The position numbers and the translations under genes are program-made. A model generated the notes under the pieces. That model was given only the letters and a program-made list of their open reading frames with translations, did no database searches and was not told where the DNA came from. This document shows positions 1-13,349 of a DNA stretch of 64,000 bases, in pieces (positions within the stretch are counted from its first letter, which is position 1; every line of letters begins with the position of its first letter). The DNA comes from Octopus sinensis (Eukaryota): contig NC_043013.1 in assembly GCF_006345805.1 (NCBI RefSeq), positions 55,366,001-55,430,000 on the forward strand, in the 5' to 3' direction.

Positions 1-1260
1 CTTTTTACTGCTTTCAATTTGTTTCTTTAGGCGATTTGAAACTTTGGCACGCTGTCTCATAAGAATTTTCCTCTCTCTGGGGATTTTGTTCTTGTGTACA
101 GTTGCCTTTCTCTCTGGAACATATTTTTAGCATATGGCTTGCATTACAGACATGAATTGTTGAAGTTTCATGTCGATGTATGGCGAGGAGACATTTAGGC
201 CAGTTTTGTTTGAGGATCTCTTTCTCAATTTGTTTCCAGTTTGCCTTATGGATGTTCAAGCTGGAAATATTCTGAGAGTTTCTTGTAGGCTGCATGTCCA
301 TGCTTTCCTTTGGTCCGTACATGGTCAATTCTACCATGTTGTGATCCGAGAGTAGTGTCGGTGTCACTTTCATATTATGGATGAGATCCATATTATTTGT
401 GAAGCAGAGATCCAGTATGTTACCTGCCCTGTTTGGTTGGAGTATTATTTGCTCCATGTATAGAGTGTTGATGAGGTTCATGATGGACCTCGCCTGTCCT
501 CGTTTGCATCGTGTCATTCCTGGGAGAGAAAGGCCCTCAGGCCATCTGACATAGGGCAGATTGTACAGCAGGTTAGCTGTTGTACAATCTTTTGTGCCAT
601 GCACAAAAAAGATTCTTGTTCAGCAGCTGCCCTTTCAATATCATGTTGATGGCTTGTAACACGCACTACATCTGCGTACCTCTGTTTTGCAGCAGGTGGT
701 GAGTAGTCCTTTCCTTTTCCTTTTGGTAGTTGGTTTCTGCCCTGTTTCATACTTATGTGGCAGGGTCTTTGGTGTGCAAAACGGCAGCCTGCACCCGCCT
801 CTCCATGCCAGCAGACACCTTTCAGTTAGAATTTACACATTCGTGTGTGCTGTCTCTTTCTATCCTTTTTGGTATATGGATAGTCAGGTTTGCTTCTTTC
901 CTTGGCTGTTTCATCTTTTGGTTTTTTTGAGTTTTAGTTTTTCCTTCTTTTACTTCTTTTTGGGCTCTTTCATCTGCATGGTTTTGGCTTTTGATGCTGG
1001 TAGGGGCACTTGCACTTGTGTTTACTTCCTGGGCAGGTTTCTTTCTTGAATCTCCTTTGTTGTCCTGGGTGTCTACCCGTGCCTCCATCCTTGTTATCTT
1101 TGCTTTGTTCGTTGTCAAAGATGGCATTAAGAGTGCTGATGTGAGATATTATGAGTGCATAGGAGCGTATAAACTCCTGCTTCTTTCGCTCTATCTGTGC
1201 TAACGTCCTTGTGTAACCATTCCTCTTCAGCGCAGCTGTAATTATGTTGTTCGCATTATC
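1..1260 (-). mobile_element. 5' part of a CR1-group LINE: degenerate ORF1 with CCCH zinc finger plus C-terminal half of the APE endonuclease; runs off the window
   Basis: ORF 14..604 has QIILQPNRAGNILDLCFTN...LLSDHNMV (APE endonuclease LD..F and SDH motifs). Minus frame 837-772 reads CKF*LKGVCWHGEAGAGCRFAH. Stops, frameshifts and an internal deletion. The 5' boundary is approximate. Confidence 0.8.
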
Positions 1261-1399
1261 TCCGTCAGCACATTACAAGGCTCTTATAAACAATGCCAAT
1301 TCCATGCTCCTCCAGGTTCTGGACATTTTTTTTGGATATTTTATTTATTTATCTATCTAATTATATTTAAAATTTAACAGTGTGATAGAGGGTAAGAGA

Positions 1400-2210
1400 A
1401 GAAATAGAGAAAGAAAGCGTGTATTTAGAGAGATTGAGCGGCTGAAAGAAGATAAGAAGAGAGTAAGAGAGATTGAGAGGAGAATGTTCGCGTCTATATA
1501 TTTAGGAAGATTGTGAGGCTGAGAGAGGAAAGATGGTGTGACAGAGAGAAGTGAAGAGACAGAGAAAGAGGCATGAAGGAGAGAAGTGAAGAGACAGAGA
1601 GAGAAAGAATTGAAAGAGGGGAGGTTATGCAAAAATTGAGCGGCTGAGAGAAGATAAGAAGAAAGTGAGAGAGAGAGTGAGAGAAAGAGTGAGAGAGAGA
1701 GTGAGAGGAGAATGTTCACGTCTATATATTTAGGAAGACTGAGAGGCTGAGAGAAGAAAGATGTTGTGATAGAGAGAAGTGAAGAGACAGAGAGAGAAAG
1801 AAATGAAAGAGATGAAGTTATGCAAAAGATTCTTCTTTAGATAGTAGAATATATAAATAAGGTAACAAATAAATATTTGTCTATCTGCAACTACGAAAGT
1901 TCTCTTCTAAACTAATTATAAATATCTATCTATCTGTAACTACGAAAGTTTCCTTCTAAACTAATTATGACTATATTTCTAATGTTCGCGTCTATATATT
2001 TAGGAAGAATGAGAGGCTGAGAGGGGAAAGATGGCGTGACAGAGAGAGGCAAAGAGACAGAGAAAGAGAGAGAGAGAGAGAGAAAGTAATGAAAGAGAAG
2101 AAGTTATTCAAAAGATTCTACATGGATAGTACAATATATAAAGTAACAAGTAAGTAAATATATATATATATAAATAAAGTAACAAATAAATATATGCCTA
2201 TCTAAAATTG
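1400..2210. repeat. Complex purine-rich tandem repeat, three units of about 230-270 bp
   Basis: AATGTTC(G/A)CGTCTATATATTTAGGAAGA...GAGGCTGAGAG recurs at ~1483, 1711 and 1981. CTATCTG(C/T)AACTACGAAAGTT...CTAAACTAATTAT occurs twice (~1881, ~1930). Confidence 0.75.
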
Positions 2211-2749
2211 AATAATTTTAAAGAGATATAGTGAGAAATTGATAAAAGCGAAGTGGGCGCTGAAACAGAAATTGAGAGAAAATTATTCACAGAATGTAAA
2301 CAAAGATGAGGTCCTAACTCAGACGTTACATTGAATTACAGGAAATTAAACGAATGAAAAGTGGTACTTATCCACAAAAGGCAGAAATTCCAAATCAGTG
2401 TCCCTATACGAAGAAGCTTTCTTTCAAAAAAGAAAAGAAAACAATTTTTTTTTGTTTCTTACAGTCGGCTGGAAATAAACTTACGAATTGCCACCACATG
2501 CATTTTCGACGGAAAATCTTGCGTGCGTAACTAACTTTAGCGTATTATATTTGGCTTCAAGCGAAATATATTACGGTTTTTAATTAATATATCCTAGTAG
2601 ACCGCTATGAGATAACAAGTTCTATGTTTTTTATCAGTTTTAGCAGATTATTTCGTCGGTTTATGCAAACCTTTGTTTTTTTCACAAAGCGAAAGCAAAT
2701 ACATCCTTCCTCTACGAAACCGGAACTATCTATCTATCTATCTATCTCT

Positions 2750-4740
<1,991 letters not shown>

Positions 4741-4751
4741 TAATATATATA

Positions 4752-4865
4752 TATTTGATTCAGTGAGCCATGAGGAGTTTGTTGAAATGTTAAAAGGTAG
4801 AAATTGTCATGGAAAATCATACGAGGAACTGAGAATGTATGGAGTCAACAACTAGCAAGAGAATT
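4752..4865 (+). mobile_element. Small degenerate RTE-type reverse transcriptase fragment
   Basis: Reads FDSVSHEEFVEML..., resembling the (K)AFD.V.H RT motif and its downstream helix. Confidence 0.4.
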
Positions 4866-4869
4866 GTAC

Positions 4870-4985
4870 GTATGCTTGTATGTATGTATATATGCATATA
4901 TGTATATGTTTTATATGTGCTATATGTATATATGTGTGTATTGTAAATATATGAATATGTATATAGATATATACATAAATATATA

Positions 4986-5052
<67 letters not shown>

Positions 5053-5260
5053 TTATGTATGTATATATGTGCGTATTGTAAATATATATGCATGCACATA
5101 TATGTATATTTATATTTATATGTATAAATATATATATATATACATATATATATACATATATATATATATATACACATACACACACACACATATATATATA
5201 CATGTGTGTGTATATGCATATATATATATGTATGTATGTATGCATATATGTATGTATACT
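4870..5260. repeat. Compound (TA)n/(TG)n/(CA)n microsatellite
   Basis: Low-complexity TA/TG/CA tract. Confidence 0.9.
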
Positions 5261-5615
5261 TGAAGTGGTATATCATGATGATAGCAAGAAAATTATTCAC
5301 ATATAAAGGGATTTTAAAGAAGTCCAAGGAAATGCAGAGAAAATATTATCTCTGCATGGGTATTGATATTTCCAATATCTCAAACTTGAATCTATTTAAC
5401 ATACCAATTGAAATATTGAAATACACATTTAAAAAAAGAATAACATTAAGCTATCAGATCCTGTTACTTTAATGTTTGTTAATATGTATTTCAATATGTA
5501 TGGGCAACACTTTATTTTAGTGTGCTAAAAAGATATAAGTAGGAGATATATCAAATGTGTATATGTGTGTGTATGTGTGTGTATATATATATATATATAT
5601 GTATGTATACATATA

Positions 5616-6884
5616 TGAGGGGCGTTCAATAAGTAATGCCCCTGACCCACTTCCCATAGCAGTAGAGCAACGACACTTGGCACAGTTATTAGTCTTTTCC
5701 TACATAGGAACTACTCAGAGTTATGCATTTCTCCCATCGTTTGATACAGCTCTGGAGACCGTTTCTGTTGAAGACCCCAGCTTGGTCCTCCAACCACGAC
5801 GTGACTTCAGAAATCAAGGCTGCATCATCTGGGAAACGCATTCCTTTCAAAATCAACTTCATGGCTGGGAAGAGGTGAAAATCAGAGGGTGCAAGGGGAG
5901 GAGTTCATAGCTGCACGCCTGTGCTTCTGATCTGGCGACACGCGAGTTGTGGACCGGAGCGTTGTCCTGCAGGAGGAGGATGCCTTTGCTGATCTTGCCC
6001 CGCCTCTTGATTTTGATAGCTTCAATTAATTTCCTCAAAAGTGAAGCATAATAGGCTCCTGTAATTGTGGTACCCTTTGCCAGGAAATCTGTCATCACTA
6101 CTCCGTCCTGGTCCCAGAAGACTGTGAGCATAACCTTGTCAGCGGAGGGCTGCCCCCTTGCCTTCTTTGGAGGAGGTGAGTCACGGTGCTTTCACTGCAT
6201 TGACTGGGCTTTGGTCTCTGGATCATAGTGATGGACCCAGGTTTTATCCTGTGTGATCAGTCTTTTGAAAAATTTTGACTCATCTTGGCACATCTCCAAA
6301 TTCATCCTCGAGCACTCAACGCGTTCTTGCTTCTGGAAAGGTGTGAGCAACCTGGAAATCCATCTGGCAGACACCTTTTGCATATGCAAATGGTCATGAA
6401 TGATAGTTTCCACAGACCCGGTACTAATCTTGACCTAATGGGCTATTTGGCGAATAGTTATGCGTTGACCTTCCAAAATGGCAGCCTCAACTTGACGGAC
6501 AGACATCTCATCAATGGCAGAAGGGGGCAACCAGATCTGGGAGCTGTTTCCACAGAGTTCCGACTATGTTTGAATTCACAATGCCAGCGTTTTACAAGGT
6601 CATATGATGGGGCATCATCACCATAAGTTACTTTCATTTCATCAAAAGTCTCCCGTGGTGTGCGTCCTTTCAAATACAAAAATCAGATCACTGCGCGGCT
6701 CTATCAACAGGCTCTATTTCACACTTGACTCAGTTCAAACACCTGTAGATCAGAAACCACAATTAGTTCAGAGCTGTAATTCACCACTTCATCTATAGAG
6801 ATATAAATAAGTGCACATGCAAAATTTCAGCTAGATCAAACAACTGCAAGTGGGTGAGGGGCATTACTTATTGAACGCCCCTCG
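5616..6884 (-). mobile_element. Full-length mariner (Tc1/mariner, DD34D type), inactive copy A
   Basis: TIRs (C/T)GAGGGGCGTTCAATAAGTAATGCCCCT(G/C)ACCCACTT at both ends with flanking TA. Transposase fragments: YLKGRTPRETF, KVSARWISRLLT, ITQDKTWVHHYDPETKAQSMQ, MLTVFWD, LLQDNAPVH. The YSPDL motif is deleted. Confidence 0.95.
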
Positions 6885-7068
6885 TATGTATATATATATA
6901 CATTTATATATACACAGGCACGCATATATATATATATATATATATACATATAGATATATAAGTATATATATGTATCTGTATATATATATGTGTGTTTACA
7001 CAGATATGTATATATATATAGAGAGAGAGAGACCAATGTATACATAGACTACGAAGTGTTACATATCT

Positions 7069-7177
7069 TATTTAGAACAGTTTCATTCTGTTTCATGCAA
7101 CTTAAAGATTCCTAGACTCTTTACAGGATTCTAACTCATCGAAACTCAGTTACATGAAACTGAATCAAACTCTTTTA

Positions 7178-7181
<4 letters not shown>
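7069..7181. repeat. Old imperfect inverted repeat (MITE-like hairpin)
   Basis: Left TATTTAGAACAGTTTCATTCTGTTTCATGCAACT vs reverse complement of right end TATTTAAAAGAGTTTGATTCAGTTTCATGTAACT. Confidence 0.6.
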
Positions 7182-7208
<27 letters not shown>

Positions 7209-7229
7209 GTAATAATTATAATAATGATG

Positions 7230-7697
7230 ATGATTTCAAATTTTGGTTTAATGCCACCAATTCCAGAGAAGAGGCTAAGTCCACTAAATTGCACCCAGTG
7301 TTTCACTGTTACATATTTTATCAAGCCTAAAAAGAATGAAAGGCAAAGTCAACCTTGGTGGAATTTGGACTCAGAACATAGGAATGGATGAGATGCCAAC
7401 AAGCCTTTTGCCCGGTGCTATGAGGATTCAACCAGTTCACCATCTTAATAATAATAATAATGATAATGATTATGATGATAATCCTTTTTACTAGAAGCAG
7501 AAGACCTCAAATTGGGAGGAAGGGATTATGTCGATCACAATGAACCCAGTAGATAACTGGTACTAATTTTATCGACACCAAAAGGATGAAAGGCAAAATT
7601 GTCCTTGATGAAATTTAAACTCTGAACATAACAGCAGACGAAATACTGCGGAGCATTTCGCCCAGTCTGCTAATGATTCTGCAAGCTCACTGCCTTA
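7230..7697 (-). mobile_element. Two degenerate tRNA-derived SINEs (family A) separated by (TAA)n
   Basis: Reverse complement of the GACTTTGCCTTTCATCC core and a B-box-like GAGTTCAAAT at ~7330-7380 and ~7580-7625. Confidence 0.75.
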
Positions 7698-7928
7698 ATA
7701 ATAATGATAATAATATTTATACATACACCCACAGACACATACACACATATATGTATACACACACATACACATATACAGGCATGGTGATGCAGTTCAGAAA
7801 CTTGCTTCTCAACCATGTGATCTTCAATCTCACCCTGTGGCACCATCGACTGCAATCTTGGGCTGACCAAAACTTTGTGAGTGGATTTGTAGACAGAAAC
7901 TTGAAGAAGCCATATATATATATATATG

Positions 7929-8160
7929 TCTGTAAAAGTAATATGTGACAATTATTCGCTAGCCATGATAAAACTTTGAGTTTCAGATGCCGAGGTGGAA
8001 ATCCACACCACCATCTCTTCAGTTATCTGGCCATTGGAAAGGAGCATTTTTTCCGAAGGCCAGATAACTGAAGAGATGGTGGTGTGGATTTCCACCTCGG
8101 CATCTGAAACTTGGAGTTTTATCATGGCTATTGTACAATTATCCCATATTATTTTACAGA
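7929..8160. repeat. Fold-back element (~104-bp arms, 25-bp spacer) carrying a hammerhead-like motif on each strand
   Basis: 7961-8032 is a near-perfect reverse complement of 8058-8129, and the arms extend imperfectly to 7929 and 8160. Flanked by (TA)n. Confidence 0.9.
8058..8129 (+). ncRNA. Putative type I hammerhead ribozyme (mirror copy on the minus strand at 8032-7961)
   Basis: Stem I GGCCAGAUAA/UUAUCAUGGCU. Core CUGAAGA at 8068-8074. Long stem II GAUG...CAUC, then one extra U and GAAA at 8106. Stem III ACU-UGG-AGU. Cleavage triplet GUU at 8116-8118. Confidence 0.6.
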
Positions 8161-8217
8161 TATATATATACATATATATACATACAAGTATATATATATA
8201 TATTTTTCTTTTTTTTT

Positions 8218-8618
8218 CTTTTACTTGTTTCAGTCATTTGACTGCGGCCATGCTGGAGCACCGCCTTTAGTCGAGCAAATCAACCCCGGGACTTATTCTT
8301 TGTAAGCCCAGTACTTATTCTATCGGTCTCTTTTTGCCGAACCGCTAAGTGACGGGGACGTAAACACCCCAGCATCAGTTGTCAAGCAATGCTAGGGGGA
8401 CAAACACAGACACACAAGCACACACACATACATACATATATATATATATATATACATATATACGACAGGCTTCTTTCAGTTTCCGTCTACCAAATCCACT
8501 CACAAGGCATTGGTCGGCCCGAGGCTATAGCAGAAGACACTTGCCCAAGATGCCACGCACTGGGACTGAACCCGGAACCATGTGGTTGTTAGCAAGCTAC
8601 TTACCACACAGCCACTCC

Positions 8619-8624
<6 letters not shown>
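8218..8624 (-). mobile_element. tRNA-derived SINE family B (CORE-like TTGGGCAAGT motif, internal microsatellite, LINE-like 3' tail)
   Basis: Head with A-box TGGCTGTGTGG and B-box GGTTCAGTCC. Tail GGCGGTGCTCCAGCATGGCCGCAGTCAAATGACTGAAACAAG. Near-identical to copies at 22453, 45825 and 52160. Confidence 0.9.
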
Positions 8625-8659
<35 letters not shown>

Positions 8660-8665
8660 CATATA

Positions 8666-8705
<40 letters not shown>

Positions 8706-8769
8706 TAGATAGATAGATAGATATATGAATAAACATACTTACATACACATATATCTGTGTATACACACG

Positions 8770-8803
<34 letters not shown>

Positions 8804-8828
8804 CGCAGATACACACACACACAAATAT

Positions 8829-8869
<41 letters not shown>

Positions 8870-9309
8870 TGTTTGTGTGTAGGTGTGCATGTGTGTGTCT
8901 ACATGTGTTTCTACCCTTAATATTAATTCATTCATTTTAATAGAAAGGAAACAAATAAATGACATATCAGCGAAGAATATCAAATTTCCACTTAGACAAG
9001 CAAGAGATATTTTTTAAAGTTTACATCTAACATAGGGACACGATTATAAGATAACAAAGAGGTGTGCCGGTAAGACATATTGAAGATGGGAAAGTTTAAC
9101 AAATTAATCAATAGGGTATGGAGAAATCAAAGAATATTTTTGCCGAACTATGGAATTCTCACAGTTAACTGTAGTTGTTCTCCAATAATAACGTGGAGAG
9201 TCAAATTGAATTTGGTATATGTATGGGATATGTATATATATGTGTGTGCATATCTGTGTGTGTTAGATATGTGCAAATATGCACATATATTCATGAACTG
9301 AAGGCTAAG

Positions 9310-9313
9310 ATTG

Positions 9314-9344
<31 letters not shown>

Positions 9345-9393
9345 ATATATGTATATGTGTATATATATATGTATACATATATATATGTATAGG

Positions 9394-9458
<65 letters not shown>

Positions 9459-9729
9459 TTATATATATACATATGTATAGGTATATATAAATATATGTAT
9501 ATATATATTTATATATATATATGTATACATATATATATATATATATGTATACATATATATATGTATGTATATATATGTATATGTATACATATATATATGT
9601 ATGTATATATATGTATATGTACATATATATGCATATATATGTATATATATGTATATATATATGTATATATATATGCATATATATGTATACGTATATAGGT
9701 ATATATATGTATATATATATATATATGTA

Positions 9730-9780
<51 letters not shown>

Positions 9781-9910
9781 GAGGCTTTATAAATCAACAG
9801 TTAAGTAATTATGTATACACACACACACACACATACACACACATATATATATATATATGTATATATATTTGGATAGAGATATATTTAAATATATATATAT
9901 ATATATATTC
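9310..9910. repeat. Long degenerate (TA)n/(TATG)n microsatellite
   Basis: About 600 bp of low-complexity sequence. Confidence 0.95.
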
Positions 9911-11285
9911 CCCATTTTGTTGCTCTATAAATATTGATTGATAAAATAGAACTGTTTAAAGCTATCTCCATTTACAAATAATAACAATAATAGCAACAAA
10001 AACAACAGCAACAACAACAATATTAATAATAAAATACTTGAAAAATCAATACAGAATTTGATTTAATAATCTCAGATAACTGAAATTTTCTTGAATTTAT
10101 TTCTTAAATTACCAAAACAAAAATAAATAAAGAAGGAAGGAAATGGAAGAAAGAAAGAGAGAAAGAATGAAAGAGTAACAGAGAACACACATCTATATAA
10201 AACCAATGAAACAAATAAACTGACTTCACTTACATCGTTCCTTACATTACAAAAATAAAAACATGAACAAGAAGCTATGGAGAAAGATAAGACAGAATTA
10301 TACTTTGAGTTGTCTCTGGAAGTGTTTGAGATCTGATAGTAAAAACAGTGTTTATAAATGGTAGTGGCAGCACCAAAAATCAATGGTTCTGGTAAAGACA
10401 GCACTTAAGTGAAAACAAGGGGAAACACCAACTAACAAGTGCCTGGCCATTTATTTGGCGAAGGTTTCTGTTTCTTCCTGACAGAGCAGCAGGCATTTTA
10501 GTGTGAAGGTCTCCCACCAAAGATAATTTTCACAGCAGTTTTCAAAAGTTAGATAATTTCCAGAACTAATAAAGACTTGTAATTACGAATAATCATTGTA
10601 AATCACTTTGGGTATAGTTTGAGAGAGAGAAAGAGAAAGAGAACTAACAGATGAAATTGTATTTTGATGGTAATCAGTGGCACAAATTATAGAGCTTTTT
10701 AAATGAAAAGCTTTCAGGTTGTAAGACACAGAATTGAGGTAAAAATTATAGAAAATGATCTTTGAGGAAAATTTTAGTTTTGTTTCCATAAGGTCTTGCT
10801 ATTATATGTCATTTGTCTCATGGTGTGAGGCAATCATCTGCTTTAACACACTTCTTACACTGTATTTTTGTTCTGTTTACTGCCAATGCCAAACACATAC
10901 AAATGGTATCATCTTTGGTATATTTATATGAAATTCTACCCTCTAAAATGGAATGAGATCATTCCATCAGCTGTAGAACAGCCATTCTTCTTTCAGATTT
11001 CCTCCCCCGTTATAATGAAAACAAATTTTGGATGCTGTAGTCTTAGTTATGCATTGACCAGGGGCAAAAACAGGACATTGATGACTAGAACCTCAGACAA
11101 GGCTTTACTGGGGTGACACTGCCAGCATCCATCAGAAAAGACACACTGAAGGCAGTTTAGCCATCATCATCATCATTGTTGCCGTTTCCACATCCACCAC
11201 CGCTACCACCACCATCATCATCATCATCATCATCAGTCTATTGTAAAACTAATGTCTTTATAAAATAATATTTTTCACCTACCAA

Positions 11286-11660
11286 GGCGGCGAGCTGGCA
11301 GTAACATTAGCACGTCGGGCGAAATGCTTAGCGGTATTTCGTCTGCCTTACGTTGTGAGTTCAAATTCCGCCGAGGTTGACTTTGCCTTTCATCCTTTCG
11401 GGGTCGATAAATTAAGTACCAGTTACGCACTGGGGTCGATGTAATCGACTTAATACCTATGTCTGTCCTTGTTTGTCCCCTCTGTGTTTAGCCCTTGTGG
11501 GTAATAAAGAAATAGGTATCTCATCTGCCTTTACATTCTGAGTTCAAATTCTGCCGATGTTGACTTTTTCTTTCATCCTTTTGGGGTCGATAAATTAAGT
11601 ACCAGTTTCCTACTGAGGTCGATCTAATTGACTGGCCCCTTCCCCAAAAAATTTCAGGTC
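11286..11660 (+). mobile_element. tRNA-derived SINE family A (Deu/Nin-domain-like core), head-to-tail dimer
   Basis: GGCGGCGAGCTGGCAG head, B-box GAGTTCAAATT, core GACTTTGCCTTTCATCCTTTCGGGGTCGATAAATTAAGTACCAG. A second headless unit starts at 11515. Confidence 0.88.
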
Positions 11661-11869
11661 AAATGCTACAAAGTATTTTTGGTGTATGTCCTCATGATTC
11701 TGCAATCCATCTTCCATTAGTAATAAGGATGTCTTTCTTAGACTGCATTCTATTTTGTTAGTGGAAGTAAAGTAGAACTAGTCAAGTAATAGTTAAGCTA
11801 GAAAGAATAAGCTATTCAGCAAGAGAAAAATAACAACAGCATTATTAATTAGTGACTAACATTATTTAA

Positions 11870-12056
11870 TCCTTTGGAATCCTAACATAATGCTTATTTA
11901 TTCATATTAATCATGCCTTATCCCGCAGCTTTGACATTTCGATGATGTTACTGTTTATTTTCTTAATGGCCTTGTAGGGTAAGTGTGAAAGGCAGCATTT
12001 GGCCTGTTTGAATATGAAACAGATAAAATATTTGGGCCACTTTAAATGCTAAAGGG
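11870..12056. mobile_element. piggyBac-type MITE
   Basis: TTAA|TCCTTT ... AAAGGG|TTAA. The internal sequence TTAATCATGC.TTATC recurs at ~30605-30810 and ~61437-61490. Confidence 0.65.
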
Positions 12057-13349
12057 TTAAATTTTGTACTGTGAGGTGTATAGATATATTTTAGCCAACG
12101 CGATATGTAACAGACAATTGGCAAGACTTTGCATTTATATACAATATCTTTGAGTATATAACAACAAAGAGTTTAAAACTACATTCTACATAGAGTTTTG
12201 GTAAAAATCTACAGATGAATCCTGTAATATACTGTTAGTCATTGGAGCAAAATACTATGCATGCATCGGTAAGTTATTATTCAGATTATTTTAGCAAGTA
12301 AGGGGAGACAACTCCAGACAGGTTGATGCTGTATTATCACCTCATCAGTCAAACATACACCCCACCCCCACACTTGTTGAAATAATGATGGAATAAGAAG
12401 CACTGAAATAGTAAAAATAGAATTGTTCAGGTACTCTAAGAGATGACCTGTCAAAACTGACAGGGAAGTAGAAGACTGCTTAAATTAAATAAATAAATTC
12501 TTGAGAAGAAATATTTTACAATCATAAATAAGAATTTTTGTTGCAACAAAAATAATGTTCATCTTACACCATCGACAATTCATTTCTTGAAAGTTTCTTT
12601 TTAATTGTTAGGGATTTTTGTAACCATTTTTGAATAGCTTACAATGTGAAGTTGGGATGGCTGTATTGCGTCTTAGATGTGTGTGTGTGTGCATGAACAT
12701 ATGAGTGTGCATGTGTGAGTGTGTTTGTGTGCATTTATAGATATGATAAAGAGGTTAATGTTGGAGGCTTGTGGTTTTGAGTTCAATCTTCCTAAACAGT
12801 AACTTGGAAGCTGTCAGTTAAATTTAGTTAGTTGAATATGAGGGTGGCCAAAATATATATGTATATATACGCCTCCTTATGTAGTTGTGTGTCTGTGTAT
12901 ATAATATCACTTATTTTCGCCAGTCCAGTGGCCTGTTACTCTGGACTGGCTTTTAAATAAAATACGATTCTCAATATTAGTATTTGAATACTCCTCTGGT
13001 TTGTTACCCAAGAAAGTGTGTGTGCTTGAGTGTGCATACATGAACAGGTATATACATACATATAAGTTGTATTATTACCTTTATTTACAGTAATAAAGTG
13101 GCTAGCAAGTTTACACCTTTACAGGCACAATATAAAGTAATTTAAGATTAGGTGTTAGGAAGGGCACACATCCATAAAATCCCAGCTAAAACAGACACAA
13201 TAGACTGGCTGGATCCTGTCAACCATCCTACCCATGCAAACATGGAAAATGGACATTAAACGATGATGAAATATATTTACATACATAGGTCCAACTTACA
13301 CAGAGTACAAATGACAAAGAAAATCAAAGGGGTGGAAGAAGGGTATTAT

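Noticed and set aside
7952-8270. Two similar peptides on opposite strands (EIHTTISSVIWP)
   Set aside because: A consequence of the DNA palindrome, with no coding evidence.
10072-11116. Short ORFs in unique sequence as host exons (also 20685-21838 and 39150-39753)
   Set aside because: No recognisable domain or convincing splice structure. Small exons cannot be excluded without RNA-seq.
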